From Trypethelium eluteriae (taxonomy: Eukaryota), in contig JAVECL010000020.1 of assembly GCA_051942245.1 (NCBI GenBank), positions 62,001-101,848 of the forward strand: 39,848 bases of DNA, given 5' to 3'. Positions 11,126 through 23,675 of this stretch are shown piece after piece. Positions within the stretch are counted from its first letter, which is position 1, and the number at the start of each line of letters is the position of its first letter. Position numbers and translations under genes: made by a program. The notes below the pieces were generated by a model. That model saw only the letters and a program-made list of their open reading frames with translations. It was not told the origin of the DNA and made no database searches.

Positions 11126-12829
11126 CTAAGAGTTGCCCTTTGCTTGAAGCTTTCTATCATTTTCACGCGATTCGTTTTCGGCCTCCCCTGAATATGCGAT
11201 TAATCTTTCTCTCAACTCACTATCCCACATTGCCACTATTCTCGCGGCCGCAAGTGCAGCATTCACTGCATTGTTGACACCTACTGTAAGTACTGGTGTA
11301 CCCCTTGGCATGTTTGTCATGCTGAGCAGACTGTCTGTTCCATCTCCAAGGCTTGGTTTGATGGGTAGGCCAACGACAGGAATGACTCTAGAAAATGCAG
11401 CAACCATGCCCGGCAAGTGCGCAGCGCCACCAGCAGCTGCAATGAGGACCTTTATTCCCCTGGCTTCTGCCTCCTTCGCGTAAGAGGCCATAAGCTCAGG
11501 TGAGCGATGGGCAGAAGTTATGCGCCGCTCAAACGGAATTCGCAATCCAGATAGCACATCATAACAGGTCTGGAGGACATTTTGATCTGACTGCGACCCT
11601 GCAGTGACTCCGATTATTGGTATTTCGGTACCCGATGGCATGAGCTGAGGCAGTTGAGGGGGGAGATCAATGTCCTTTCTTTCTCTTTGCAACGTATCAC
11701 ATGTTTCTATGAGTGGACATGTTGCCCTCTCGGCCTCCAACAAGGAAGGGGCAGTAACAGTGATGTGACCCATCTTCCGACCTGGCCGGGCTTCACCCTT
11801 CCCATAGAGGTGACACCGTGCCTTCGGAACTTCAAGTGCTCGCTCCGCGAGTGTTTGGTGAGACCATGGCGTCGCACCTCCGAGGATGTTCAACATGACG
11901 GCGGGTTGTTCGAGCTCGAGGCTTTCCTCAGGGACCGGCAGATCGAGAATAGCTCTCAAGTGGGCCGCAAATTGAGATATCCCACAAGCTTCTATAGTGT
12001 AGTGGCCCGAGTTGTGTACGCGTGGAGCAATCTCAAGCACTTGCACGGTATCATCGTCTAGAAGGAACATCTCTACGCCAAAAACCCCTTTGCCTGGAAA
12101 AGCCTGGACCGCGCGCTTAGCAAGGTCCCGGGCGGCCTGGGCAACTTCCCTAGAAATACCGCGTGCCGGAGCATAGACAAGCTTGCAGATACTGTTCTCC
12201 TGAACGGTCTCGACAGTAGGGTAAGTCAACGCCCCATCTTTTGTCTTGACCACCATAACTGCCAGCTCCTTCTTGAAATTCATCCAACGTTCTGCATAGA
12301 GTCCACGGGTGCCGAGGCTGGTCATTGCATCTTGAAGGTCCGACTCGGACCGTACGACATGATTCCCGCGACCATCATAAGCTTGCCTCCGGGCTTTCAA
12401 CATTAGGGGGTAACCCAGAGCCTTCGCAGCAGATTCCAAGTCATGCATATTGTTCACGACGACCGCCTCAGCAGTGAGAACATGGTTCCGCTTCAGATGT
12501 TGCTTCTGCTCGAACTTGTCTTGAATAATTCGGATGGTCCTCCAACTTGGTTCAATTTTGACTCCACCGTGAGAAACCTCTTCAAGAATGTCTGTGTCGA
12601 CATGTTCGATCTCTACCGTAAGCAAGTCGCATTCATCTGCGAGTTGACGGACAGCTTCCGCTGTCGCAAAAGAACCGTTTACATCCTTTGGGTGATAATG
12701 GACCTGTTTTGCCGGGGCATTCGGAGTGTCGAGGACCTGGATAGGGATATTCAGATGATTGGCCTCTTCGACGAGCATGCGACCCAGCTGTCCACCGCCA
12801 AGGAGGCCCACGCGCGGAAGATCGTCCAT
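11126..12829 (-). CDS. ADE2: Phosphoribosylaminoimidazole carboxylase (PurK+PurE fusion), intronless
   Basis: GLLGGGQLGRML, TVEIEHVD, AYDGRGN, EIAPRVHNSGHYTIEAC and GRKMGHITV (PurK/ATP-grasp), followed by TSAHRSP and AAAGGAAHLPGMVAA (PurE). Confidence 0.97.
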   Translation of the reverse strand: MDDLPRVGLLGGGQLGRMLVEEANHLNIPIQVLDTPNAPAKQVHYHPKDVNGSFATAEAVRQLADECDLLTVEIEHVDTDILEEVSHGGVKIEPSWRTIRIIQDKFEQKQHLKRNHVLTAEAVVVNNMHDLESAAKALGYPLMLKARRQAYDGRGNHVVRSESDLQDAMTSLGTRGLYAERWMNFKKELAVMVVKTKDGALTYPTVETVQENSICKLVYAPARGISREVAQAARDLAKRAVQAFPGKGVFGVEMFLLDDDTVQVLEIAPRVHNSGHYTIEACGISQFAAHLRAILDLPVPEESLELEQPAVMLNILGGATPWSHQTLAERALEVPKARCHLYGKGEARPGRKMGHITVTAPSLLEAERATCPLIETCDTLQRERKDIDLPPQLPQLMPSGTEIPIIGVTAGSQSDQNVLQTCYDVLSGLRIPFERRITSAHRSPELMASYAKEAEARGIKVLIAAAGGAAHLPGMVAAFSRVIPVVGLPIKPSLGDGTDSLLSMTNMPRGTPVLTVGVNNAVNAALAAARIVAMWDSELRERLIAYSGEAENESRENDRKLQAKGNS

Positions 12830-13110
12830 GGATGCTTGGTTATGTGCAGTAAAATCCTTTGATAATGAGAGCGTGCGTGGTCGTCCCGTTCCTTACGAAA
12901 TCTGTACCAGGTGGATGATGCGCGTCTGTGATTGGCCAAAGCCAAAGCTCACAGAAAAATTCGGGGCGAGGTGGTGGCAGCTTGGATGCCTAAATTGCCC
13001 CGCCACCCCACGTACCTGCTCCTGCCTCGGAAGCGACCACCCCACTCGTACCTGCTTCTTAGAAAGGCTAACGCACAACCTCAATCTTTCGAATTCTCGA
13101 GAAGTTGACT

Positions 13111-13121
13111 GTTCGATTCCC
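13111..13121 (+). promoter_or_regulatory. Isolated Pol III B-box (candidate extra-TFIIIC site)
   Basis: GTTCGATTCCC matches GTTCRANYC. No A-box, cloverleaf or oligo-T terminator nearby. Lies 72-82 bp upstream of the TFIIIC subunit ATG. Confidence 0.5.
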
Positions 13122-13192
13122 TATCCGTCCGTACATGCCTCACAATTTGCGATTGCCTTCTAAGCCAAAGCTTATGGTGGTGGAGATGGAGG

Positions 13193-16100
13193 ATGACGAC
13201 AAAAGGCTTTGACGACCTTCTTGACTTTCTGCTCATCGAAGTCGCTTTTCGAGGCCTTCAAGGTTAGTCATTTTGCCATTAACTCCAATTTTCTCCAACA
13301 ACTCTCTAAACCTCCCAATCGCATGATCTCGAACTGCACGTCTCTGCTCTGTTGCTATCACGATTCAAATTTGTTCACATCATCCTCCACAATGTGGATC
13401 ATCATCTTCATACTTATATTTGACTTAAACAGGAGCAAGCATCGCGGACTTCACCCGCTTGGTAGAAGCGTTCTACAAGGAGTCAAATGAAGATGATGCA
13501 CGCGATAATGATGGGTCGAACGTCGTGATCCCGGCCAACTTAGGTGCGGATCGGGAGCTTTTGCGAAAGGTCTGGGCTTGGTTGACGAGTCACCCCGACA
13601 TTTCTGTTGGACGCGATGGACAGTGTGATGGGTTTTCGTACGACCAGATTGAGCAACGAGCAATAAACGTGAAGCAGGCTCAACAAGCAAAGAACTCAGG
13701 GACCACGAATAAGCCTACTTCTAGCGCCTCGAAGAACTCCACCTCCCAAGCGCACGCTTCGGATTTCGCTCAAGATTTAGATCTAATTCCAGCTATTGAA
13801 GCTCACGAAAGTCCGAGTCTGCCTCAGGACCAGTCTGGAGATGTGCTGAATCTTAGTGGAAGTAACGATGCAACGAGGACTTCACTCTTATCCGAGAGCG
13901 ACAACAATGCAAAAGCAGACCGCGATGACGTGCGATTGTATGCAAGCCAGGAGAGGATGTGGCGTGCACTCGCTAGCCATGACGTCGACTGGAGGCGAGT
14001 CCCAAAGATGGAATTCGACCTACTATCAATCATCGCTGCGAGCGGGTCAAAGGGCATTCTGCAGAGTGCCTTGGTGCAGTCGAGCGGGCAAGACAAGAGA
14101 TCAGTTCCTCAGCGAACCGACCGACTCCACGCAAATGGTTACATAATTAAAACAAGGGTCATGGCTAACAGTAATCATACGAGCCTTTGCAGACACATAA
14201 GGTTTGCCCAAACTGACGGTAATGAGACTGGTGACAAATTTTCCGAACGTGCAGAGACACATGCCATCTTAGAGGATGGCGTAGTTTTCTATGGCCAATT
14301 GTTCAAACGTCTTTTCTCCCTCTTACGTACTCACAGCAATATCATGACCCTTCAAGATTTGCGTCAATCTCTGGTAGGGGAGAGCCATCTAAACTAATGG
14401 AGCTTTTCTAATTCTCTGGCAGGGCATTCAGTCAAGTTCTCAGCAAACGAAGCTTTTCTATCGCGCGGCAACCAGGTTGGAGAAACTCGGATGTTTGCAA
14501 CGCGTTAAGGCAAAACCATCGAACGGTCCATCTGCTGAGCGACACCTTCGATGTCTCAAGCTCCTGCGAGAACCAGACGATGAGGACTATCGACGATTTG
14601 TATCGTTTGGCAAGAAACAGGACAAGTCCAACCGGGAACCCAACCAAGACCTGGAGCTCATACAAGACCAACACGACGATCTTGATGATCTATTTGCCGA
14701 TGAAGACGACATAGAGATCGCTCGAATACCTCCTCAGTGGACCCCGGATGTCCCTCACGCCAATTTTCTCTTCAATCTTGTTCATAGTGGAGGTGCTGAT
14801 GGTGTCGTCTCAGCGGTAAGCATGCTATTCATTAACATGTCGAAGGAGAAACGCTGAAAGTTAATAGTATATTCGTCTACGAGCCCTTGGCGTTTTCTGG
14901 AAGCGCGGGCTTGATGTCTCCTTGGGCCGCCTTTCAGACGCATGGGAGCTCACTCAACCTCAACACCTACGCCATCTGGCTATTATTCGTGATACTGTTC
15001 AGGTACCAAAAGGTTCGCAATACGTATACCGTTCTTATTCGAATTTTCAAAAGGCAGCAGACGCAGGACAGACAGAGTGGGAGGCGGTCATGTCGCCGAA
15101 AACGTCACTCGTCTCCACAACAGAGTCGACAAGAGATCCAGCGGCTATTGTACCAAGTCTAGAAGACCTAGGATTTTCCGACATCCCGGGAAATCAATTT
15201 GCCTCTTCGCGTGGAACTGCAACCCTGTCCGAGTGCGAAAGCCAAGCGAAGATCCAGAGACAAGGTGTAACACCTAACGATCCGATTCTTAAGATTTCTG
15301 AGGAGGGTGATGTCGGTATTAAATGGGGTTCGAAGGGCCCTTTCATCAAGAGTCGACATTGGAGTCAGAGTGATGTCCGCGGTAAATTTCCTCGAGCTCC
15401 GCCTAAAGCTCCGAGAAAACGGCGCGAGGTCATATCGTCAAATAAGAAACTAGGACGACCCAGGATACCTAATGGCCCTACTAGCCGCAAGGAGGCACGT
15501 GCTAGAGCCGCTGCTAAAGCTGCCGCAGCAAAAGACGCAGGCAAGGACTCGAGACTCGAACATGAGGAGACGGCGTCATCGTCTGGTTCGAAACGTAAGT
15601 CCGACGAAGTTTATCATGAGAAAGGGAAGCGAGCCTTAAAACGTCCACGCATCGCAGAATCATCACATCAATCCGACGCAGATGTCCCTATACCACAAGA
15701 AAGCCCCAGCAATGTAGTCCCTGAGATCACGTTGCCAACAAGTAGTCGGTCCCACACTCGGACAAATCCAAGCCTGGTTCAAGCCAAACAACCCACGGAT
15801 GAGCAATCGACTCGAAAGCGAAAGCGATCAACCGGAAGGGACTCCTCGCCAGGCCTCATTCAAGTAGAGCAATCCAACAGCCTCAACCCAAAAGTACTCA
15901 TCAATCCACTTGGATCAGAGAGACCGGCGAAAAAGCGAGGGCGAGGTCGTCCACCCAAATCTTTGATGATTGTGATTCAAATCAATCGCCTTCGCCGGGC
16001 AGATTGGTCGGTAATTTTCGATGCAAATAACGCAGTCGATCCGCCAAGTTCTAGACGTTTCATAACACAAGAAGATAATGACATTTTCAATGTCGTGGGT

Positions 16101-19100
16101 GAAGATTTGAGCAGTCCAATGGGTGATACTACACCCCTATCAGAAGAAATTCCCGACATTGGAACACCCGGAGCACCTGAATCAGCCTTTGATCAAAAGA
16201 CACCTCCTGTCACGGTAAAGAAGCGTAGCTTTGATGCACCATCAAGGCATCTGACAGCCGAGCGACCCGTCTGCCCTGGGAAGTCCCAGATTACGAATGG
16301 CATGGCACAGAGCCCCGTCAATCCGGCTGTCCGAGCGGCACCGAGGCCGTCTACAGCAGGAGTACATGTCTTATTGCATGCTGGTCCAGTCGAACCCCTC
16401 CCTAATTTCATGCAAAATATCCAGAATCCGCAAGGATCGCATGATCAGATGACCCAGAGCGCAGACCAAGTTCTGCCCCAGCACAATCTACCAAAAAGCT
16501 CGTCTGACGTTGAAATGGTCGACTCCGGCTCAATGCCAGCTGATGTCCAGGGACGTCCGCAAACTCATACTGCAAATGAGTCTGGAACTAACTTTAATAC
16601 CGGGACTAATGGTGGCAGCTTTGTGGAGAGTGCAGACTTTAATGCAGAGGATCAATTATCACCAAGTCACGGTCTAGGAGCGGACCAGAGCGTTTCCATT
16701 GAAAAGCAAAATCTGAACGAAAGACATTCAAGCCCAAACGGTTCTTTGGAGAAAGATACGAGCAGGCAACTGTTCAGCTATCGCGCTTCAAGCGCTGGGT
16801 TAGAAGGGAGATCGACCGGACAGCACGCAGCACCAAATTCAGATAATGCGCCAGACGTCTTGCATAACTCCACACACAAAGAGAATAGCGACAGCATTCA
16901 AGGCCCTGAACCAAATGAGAAAAATTCACTTCAGCAAGATTTACGTATGAGGAATAATACGTCAAACTCGGAACGTACATCAGAAACCGTGAATGATGTC
17001 TTGAACTCCCCATTCAAAAAGCGGGGCGTAGACATATCTGGCGGTTTCGTTGGTTTCTCAAGGGCGAGAACTATCATTTGGATCATTGAGCAAGCAGGTG
17101 GCGTCTTTCCTGGAGGCAACGCGATGTGGTATCCTTTCGTTACCGCTTGGGGTGACAACCGAGATGGCCCTCAACTTGATCGGAGAACTTTGAATCGCGC
17201 AGTCAATAACTTGGTTAGCCGAGGTAGGATCCGCAAATTTACATTTAGTTTCCAGGATGAGAATGGTGGCATCGTGACAAGGCATGTGCTTACCCTGCCC
17301 GAGGAGGATCCACAATCTCGAAAGGTTCGCGAGATTCAAAAACGCATGAGCGACGCTCATCCATTTCAGTTCCTTCCGCCTGGTGTCGAGGTTTCTAAGG
17401 AGCTCAAAGAGAGCATGAAACGCACTTTAAGGGGTAGTCTCGAGTCAGGCGCTTCTAACAAACTCTATTCACGGATTCATTTGCGAGCAAATGCAGCTCT
17501 TGGAAACGACCAAAGATCGGACTCTGTGGGATCAAGGGAGTCCGTGGATAGCAATCCACGGGATCAGCAAACATCGCAGCAGTCCGTCGGAAGCCACGAG
17601 AACGTGTCAAAAAGTTTAGTGACAAATCCGTACAAATCACCAGGGGCTCGATTTTCAATTGACGACTCTGTGACGGTTCATCGCCTCTACCCCCCTGAGG
17701 TTTCAAGAAGCTCTACTTCGAGACCGATACGTCAAACGTCAGCGGGTTCACCAACTCAGGCACAGGCATCAGTGCGAGGTTCCAGGCGAGGCCGTCCACG
17801 CTCTTCGAAGTCTAGTCGGGTATCTGCTCTAGGATCGCGTTATGAACACGATCTCCATCGGAAAACATTAGACCGCTTGCATTCGCGGGTAATGAACAGA
17901 ACGAGTGGCCCTCCCTTTTTGAGTCCCACTGTAAGTGGCAACATACAGCTAGATGTTACTGAGAATAAAAGCCGCGTCAATGAGAGCCCCAATGATGGCA
18001 GCCTCGTTTTCGTTAACCAGGGTCCGGCAAACTTCGACCCAGATTATGCGTGGACTAGAGTGTTTTCCATTTTTGATCCAGATCAATCCTTTTACGAAAA
18101 CACGGGGACTTTCTCCACTGAAGGCAGCGTGCTTAGACATGCACGCTTCGACCTTTGGAGGGAACTGGACACACAAGATGCATTCGAACTCCAGATGCCT
18201 TATGATATCCATGACATGGTTTCACGTGGATCGAGGCTCACCAAGCACACGAAACCTATTGAAGATCGAGGCGACCCTACTTATGCTAGGCTCAATCAAG
18301 AGTTGCGCTGTGTCCGCAAATGGGAGGAAAGGACTGTCTCTGATGAAGGGTGGGAGCAAGGCTTTGGCGATCGAAAGCTGCGCTTCGTACGCTTTATCAA
18401 CTACCAAGTACCGCATTTTTCATCAGTCCGGAATCCAAAATACACACTCATTGCTTGGGATCACCAAGAAAGTGAACATTTCACTTCTCAAGATTTCTCT
18501 TCTGCGCCGGCAAGTCGGAGGAATCGTAGTTCAAACTTCACCGCCGAAACCCCTCTACTAAGTGGTCTTAGGAAATTATATGATACAACTGTTGACCCGC
18601 TGGTGCATGAATCTCCTTCACAAAGCTCCTCCCAACTTCCCAACACACCGGATCCTGCACCAAATGCTCAACTACGCTGCAGACCGACTCGGACACAAGC
18701 TATTCATGGTACCGCAGGTGTTCTAATACCTCAATGGGAACCGAAAGCAGCTCCTGTCAAACGTGCATCGAGGGGTCGGCGCAGAAACAATTTACCACAG
18801 ACTTCGATTTCTCGGCCTCATTTTTCCCCTACGGAAGAAGGCTCAGGTGTTGTTGTTATAGATCAGAAGCCCAGTGTATCCCTGGACACGGTCGAGAAGA
18901 AGACGCTGATCTTGGCCGTAGCCGTCGTTCGCAGTTTAACGAGCGGAGCCCAGCAAGAAGAAGTACAATGGGGCTTGGTCGCCCAAGCCTGTGGATACAT
19001 GCGTGATGGGTTGACGCTCAGAAGGTGCTGGACGTCTTACCATCGAAAAAGCAAGGCGATGACCGACAGATTCCAGGAACGTTTTCAGCTGCGGTTCGCC

Positions 19101-20387
19101 CAGGCCTACGAAGAAGGCGAAATTCCCGAACTGGATTTTTCAAATCTAGAAGATTTTGATTGGGCTTGGCTTCTCGGCTGGGCCAGAAAAGTGTGTGCTC
19201 AAGAAGACCACCCCGTAGAGCCAGAATCGCTCTACCAGCTTCCTCCAGGAGGCCGAAATGCTCTTGCACCAACTTGTGACATATCAGAAGTCAGCAATGA
19301 TGCTACCCTTTTCAGCGAAAAGTACTTCGTGCCTGCAAGCGTTAACCTTAGAGATGCACTAGTCAATAGGTCTGTATTCTTGGCTCCACTAAAGACCAGC
19401 AATCCAGCTGGACCAAGCACTTCCGAACTCCGCCGCAGATATACACCAACCTCGGATTTGGAGGTCGCGCGATCCTGGATCCGTGCTAACTGTCTCACGC
19501 CAAACGCTACATTCAATGGCCAACATGCGAGCGAGAAATTGCGAAAACTTACCGAAAGAACAATCAGCACGGCGCTCGAAGACATGCTATCCGATAAAGT
19601 CTTGCGACAAGTTAAAAAAGACAGAATCCGTCCCGGACGAAATTACGACCTAACTGATGTTTTTCTTGCTTCATTTCGCAGGCCGCTTGAGATGAAGAAC
19701 TTCCTGGAGGCAGCGAAATACAAAGAACGACTGGACGCGGCCTTCCAAGACTTCGACGATGAAGATGTCGGAGATGAATCCTCGCTCACGGGCCTCGTGA
19801 TCTCGCCTTTTGCCGAGGACGGCGAAGTCCTCGCCATCCTCAACCTTCTCGCCTCAGGAAGCGTCAGGCTCGTCCCCCAGCTTCCCCCAGTCACTAGCGA
19901 CATCAAAGCTCCGGATCCAAAGCTGTGTACATGGGGCTTCACTGCCCCGGGATACCAAACCGCACAGATGGATCGCAAAAAGCTTCGATTCGACCTTGAG
20001 ATCCATCCGACTAGCAACTACGTCTTCGGTAACCCTATCAAAGAGCAGCTGGCCGACAGAAATGTCCGGACACCTCCGGTACCGAGCACCGGGGACGGAA
20101 AGGCGCCTATTCCTTTGTGGTACGATATCAACGGCGAATGCATGGCTGAGACTTGGAGCATGGTGCTTGTGGCGATTCTGGTAACGCTCATCAGTCGACC
20201 CAGTGCGGACGTCGATACGATCGTTAGCTGTTGCAAAGGAAACCTTGAGATGTGGGAGGTTCTACTGTGTCTGGAATGGTGCGAAGCAGCAGGGGCATTG
20301 CAACGGGTTGGATCGGGTTGGACAACAACCGAATGGTGGTGGCTGGCTTTCGCAGACGGGTTAGGTGCTGATGTAGTGGAAACGTAG
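13193..20387 (+). CDS. TFC3: TFIIIC B-box-binding subunit (Tfc3/Sfc3/tau138 homolog), about 2307 aa, introns 13263-13432, 14374-14422, 14816-14867
   Basis: N-terminus MTTKGFDDLLDFLLIEVAFRGLQG; B-block domain (LYASQERMWRALASH..EFDLLSIIAASGSKGILQ..SGQDKRSVPQRTDRL..NGYIIK); Sfc3 C-terminal region (ARSWIRAN, IPLWYDING, WTTTEWWW). Exon phases add up to 6924 nt. Confidence 0.92.
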
Positions 20388-20473
20388 AGCACATGATTGT
20401 GATATTTGATCGACCTGATGAGTTTCTAGTGTTATTGATACCCAAATTTACGATAGAAATATTTCTTTCAGGC

Positions 20474-23352
20474 CTAGAAACGTATTCTCTCTATCGAATA
20501 CTCGCCCACCCTCTTGTTGAGCTCGTGCCCAATCTCCCTCTTGCTGCGCTGCTTGACTCTCCCACCAGCCCCGATCTTCAGGCTCGACACTTCCTTACCC
20601 TCATCTCTTCCAAGTGGGAGCTCTGGAGACGAAGGAACTGTGAATGGATGCTTGTTGTACCCTGTAACCTGAGATGAGGGGGTGAAAGACGGGCCGGCCT
20701 TTGAGAATTCGGTCAAGATGTCTCTGAGGGACTGCATTTCATGAATGCTTTCCAGAGCCATGGATGCTTCTTTTCTTAATTCAGACAATAAGTTTTTGCT
20801 GCTCTCCTGCACGTCATGACTGACGAGCCAGCCCGAAAGGCCGACAGCGTCAATCGCACAGTTGAGGAGCTGGGTGATGATGATTAGGGATGTTTTCGCC
20901 GAAGTCTGCTGTTTTGAGTCTTCTAGCTGTTGGTCAATGTAAAAAGTGAGCCAGCCGCCATCGAAAAGTTGTTGGCGCAGCGTAATGATGATAGCCTTGG
21001 CTTCCTGGACTGTCATCGTCGCATGGATCGCTTGAGCGATGCGAGTAGAAGGAAAAGAAGAGAGTCGTGATATCGCAATCGCAAGGGCTTGTTTGATCTT
21101 GCTTTCTGAGGTTTCATTGTTGATGGAGTTCCTTTGAGCAATGATATCTTTTCCCCCACTCTCTTCAGCGTGCTGAGCTTCCTCAAGTGTTAGTAATCCC
21201 TGGCCCTTCGGAGAAAAAATTAAGGCTCGTATCGCCTCTAGGATTTCAAAGATATCCAAATGAGTGGGCAGACTAAGGTAGGTATGAAGCAACTCTCCAG
21301 TGGGGTCGAAATTGAAGATCGCTTTGACCACATCAGAGATCTCAAATTGGCGCGACATTTGATGTGGTGGATCCTTGTCCGAGAAACTCTGTTCAAGTAT
21401 ACGTAGAGTCATATGCCCGCCGACTACCACGTGCCGGAAGACATTTGGCGGGAAAAATTTGATGTGGAGGGTAGACTGAAGATATTGGTGCGGCAGTTCA
21501 GTACCGTCAGATTCCACTAACGAGAATATTTTTGACAGAGCGTATTTGGCTCTTTGACTGTCCATGACCTCAAATGTCAATGGATTAGCTCGAGACTTCG
21601 ACGTGTTCTGGAAATTATTTGCTAAGTTGGCGTGTGCTGAAGACGCATCCGGTTTTGGCCCATCGTTGACGTAGCCGTTCACAGCTGGGTTATGAAAGCC
21701 ATGGTCCTGTACTGTCAATTTGCCCTTTGAGGACATGGAATTACCACTTTCGAGAAGGAGCTCTTCAAATCGATCGACATTGTTGGCGTCTACACAGGCA
21801 TTGAGCTCCTCTATTCTATCCCTCCATGTATCGTCGATCGAATTTGTGGTACCAGAGGTAGGCAAAATCAACGGATACAGACCGTTATGTTTGCTGTAAG
21901 GAAGGTGTGAGATTCCAAGACCAACACCCTTCTGGATTGAATCAATTAGACGAGTAGAAGCTCGCTTTCGTTTCAACAGATTCGTATCAGGATTTACTTG
22001 GAAGCCGATCAAAGTGTTTTCTTGCAAAGCGACCGTGAGGTCAGTATCGGGAAAGTGACAGATAAAGGCCGGACTATGGTTCAGATTACTTGACGAAGCC
22101 GCCTTCTGCTTCTGCACCTCATAGCCGGGACAGGTTTCAAGCTCACAACTGAATGATGTATGCACTGAACTGAATTTGGTGTCGTAAATTGTACAAGACT
22201 TGTCAGAGGCAACCATCAAAAGTGACGAGGATACTGGTAGCATGTCCCGTGGTGGTTGAAGCGTACGAAATGTCGAAATAGCTCGAGGTATCAGTCCAGC
22301 CATATCATAGATAGTCAGGAACTCGTTACGTTCGAAGAGTTTTGCAGACGATACATCAAATCGGTATTCTGGACTAGTATTTTGATCAAGATTATGCTGA
22401 TCCAGATCGGGGAGTTTCCACGAAGTTAGGGGGGATAGGGTGATTGGTCCAGTTGAATCCGATGCGAAAGCGGAGTCAACAGCTCTTGAGTTCATTGCAA
22501 AGACATGTAGAGCCCGATTGCCGCTAACAGACTTGCGTCGAGAGACGCGAGCCAAGATAAATAAGAGCGGAATTGCCTCAAGAGACTCCAAGCGTGGATC
22601 AGGATGCCCAATGGCTGAGAGGACGTCAGGTCGATCTCGAAGGATGCCTGTACTTGCAGTTCCAGCATCTGTGAGCAATGTCGTATCCACTTGCCAGTTG
22701 CTCCTGGAAGCTGTTGAGACGTTTCCTTGCTGATCCAGTGTCGAGGCATATGCCGTCCACCTGGTTGTTTGAAGGTCTGCAGAAAGGCATTGCACTTTTC
22801 CATGTTTGTAGACTGCTAGAATGCTATGTGTGGCATCATGTGCGTCCGAAAGTCGCGTGTCTGCAATGACTTCTATTGAATGAATGGATGGATCGTCGAT
22901 TTGATAGCGAAACTCGAGCAATTGGTTGGCAGCAGCGTTGGGTCCTCTCTGGTGCTCCTCTTCCACAAAAGCAACGACTTCCACTTTTGGCTGTAGAACA
23001 TCACGCTGTACTGCAGCATAGGTGAACCGTTTCAGCGGTTTTTTTGCGTCTCGTCTCTGGACTATAGATCGTGGGGACGTCAGGAATCTACTATGAGGAG
23101 GCACGGCATAGGAGGTAAGCAAGCGGGGGGTTTGTAACTGATATCGCATTAATTAGACTACCCCAAAAAAAGTGTGTGCCAGTATACTCATACACTGTGG
23201 ACGCTGATACCCTCCCCGTCTACGGCCGCAGAAACTTCGAAGCGTTTCCTTTTGCGCGAACGTTGAACAGATTGAACTTCAGAAGCTTGAATTCGGCCAT
23301 GCAATGGATCAAACGGCGCTGGCAGCGTAGCCAGAATTCGAGGAGAGGCCAT
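20474..23352 (-). CDS. UTP8: U3 snoRNP/t-UTP subunit Utp8-family protein, intron 23193-23138
   Basis: N-terminal RKRKRFEVSAAVDGEGISVHS|LQTPRLLTSYAVPP and C-terminal LPLG..KIGAGGRVKQRSKREIGHELNKRVGEYSIERIRF resemble filamentous-fungal Utp8. The exact start codon is uncertain. Confidence 0.8.
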
Positions 23353-23373
23353 AAGTAAGGAATCGTGATTGCA

Positions 23374-23672
23374 ACGCGTGGGTGTGGGAAACAGGACAGG
23401 ACGGAAGTGTTCCGAGTGGTGCGAGAGGGAGAAAAAAAAGACGGAGCTCGTTGCGTTCGCCGACGTCAGCGCGTCCATCCACTCACCCACTCAACGCGTG
23501 CTTCCCATTCACGCTCGTCACCATTCCTATGTCTGTTCAATGTCTCGCCTTCACTCCAAGTTTTTACATTAGCTCAACCCTACATCGCCTCGTGTTCTCT
23601 TAAACCGACCCGAGCCATCGTCAGCCCTATAACCAATTCAGTAGTCATCTGAACTTAAAGGATGGGACGCGT
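23374..23672. promoter_or_regulatory. Cluster of MCB elements in the UTP8/ELG1 bidirectional promoter
   Basis: ACGCGT at 23374-23379, 23494-23499 and 23667-23672, plus GCGCGT near 23469. Confidence 0.65.
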
Positions 23673-23675
23673 CCT

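Noticed and set aside
13060..13140. Possible tRNA gene around GTTCGATTCCC
   Set aside because: No A-box/D-arm, acceptor stem or oligo-T terminator, so it is treated as an isolated B-box.
13263..13432. 170-nt TFC3 intron as a snoRNA host
   Set aside because: No proper C box (RTGATGA) paired with a D box (CTGA).
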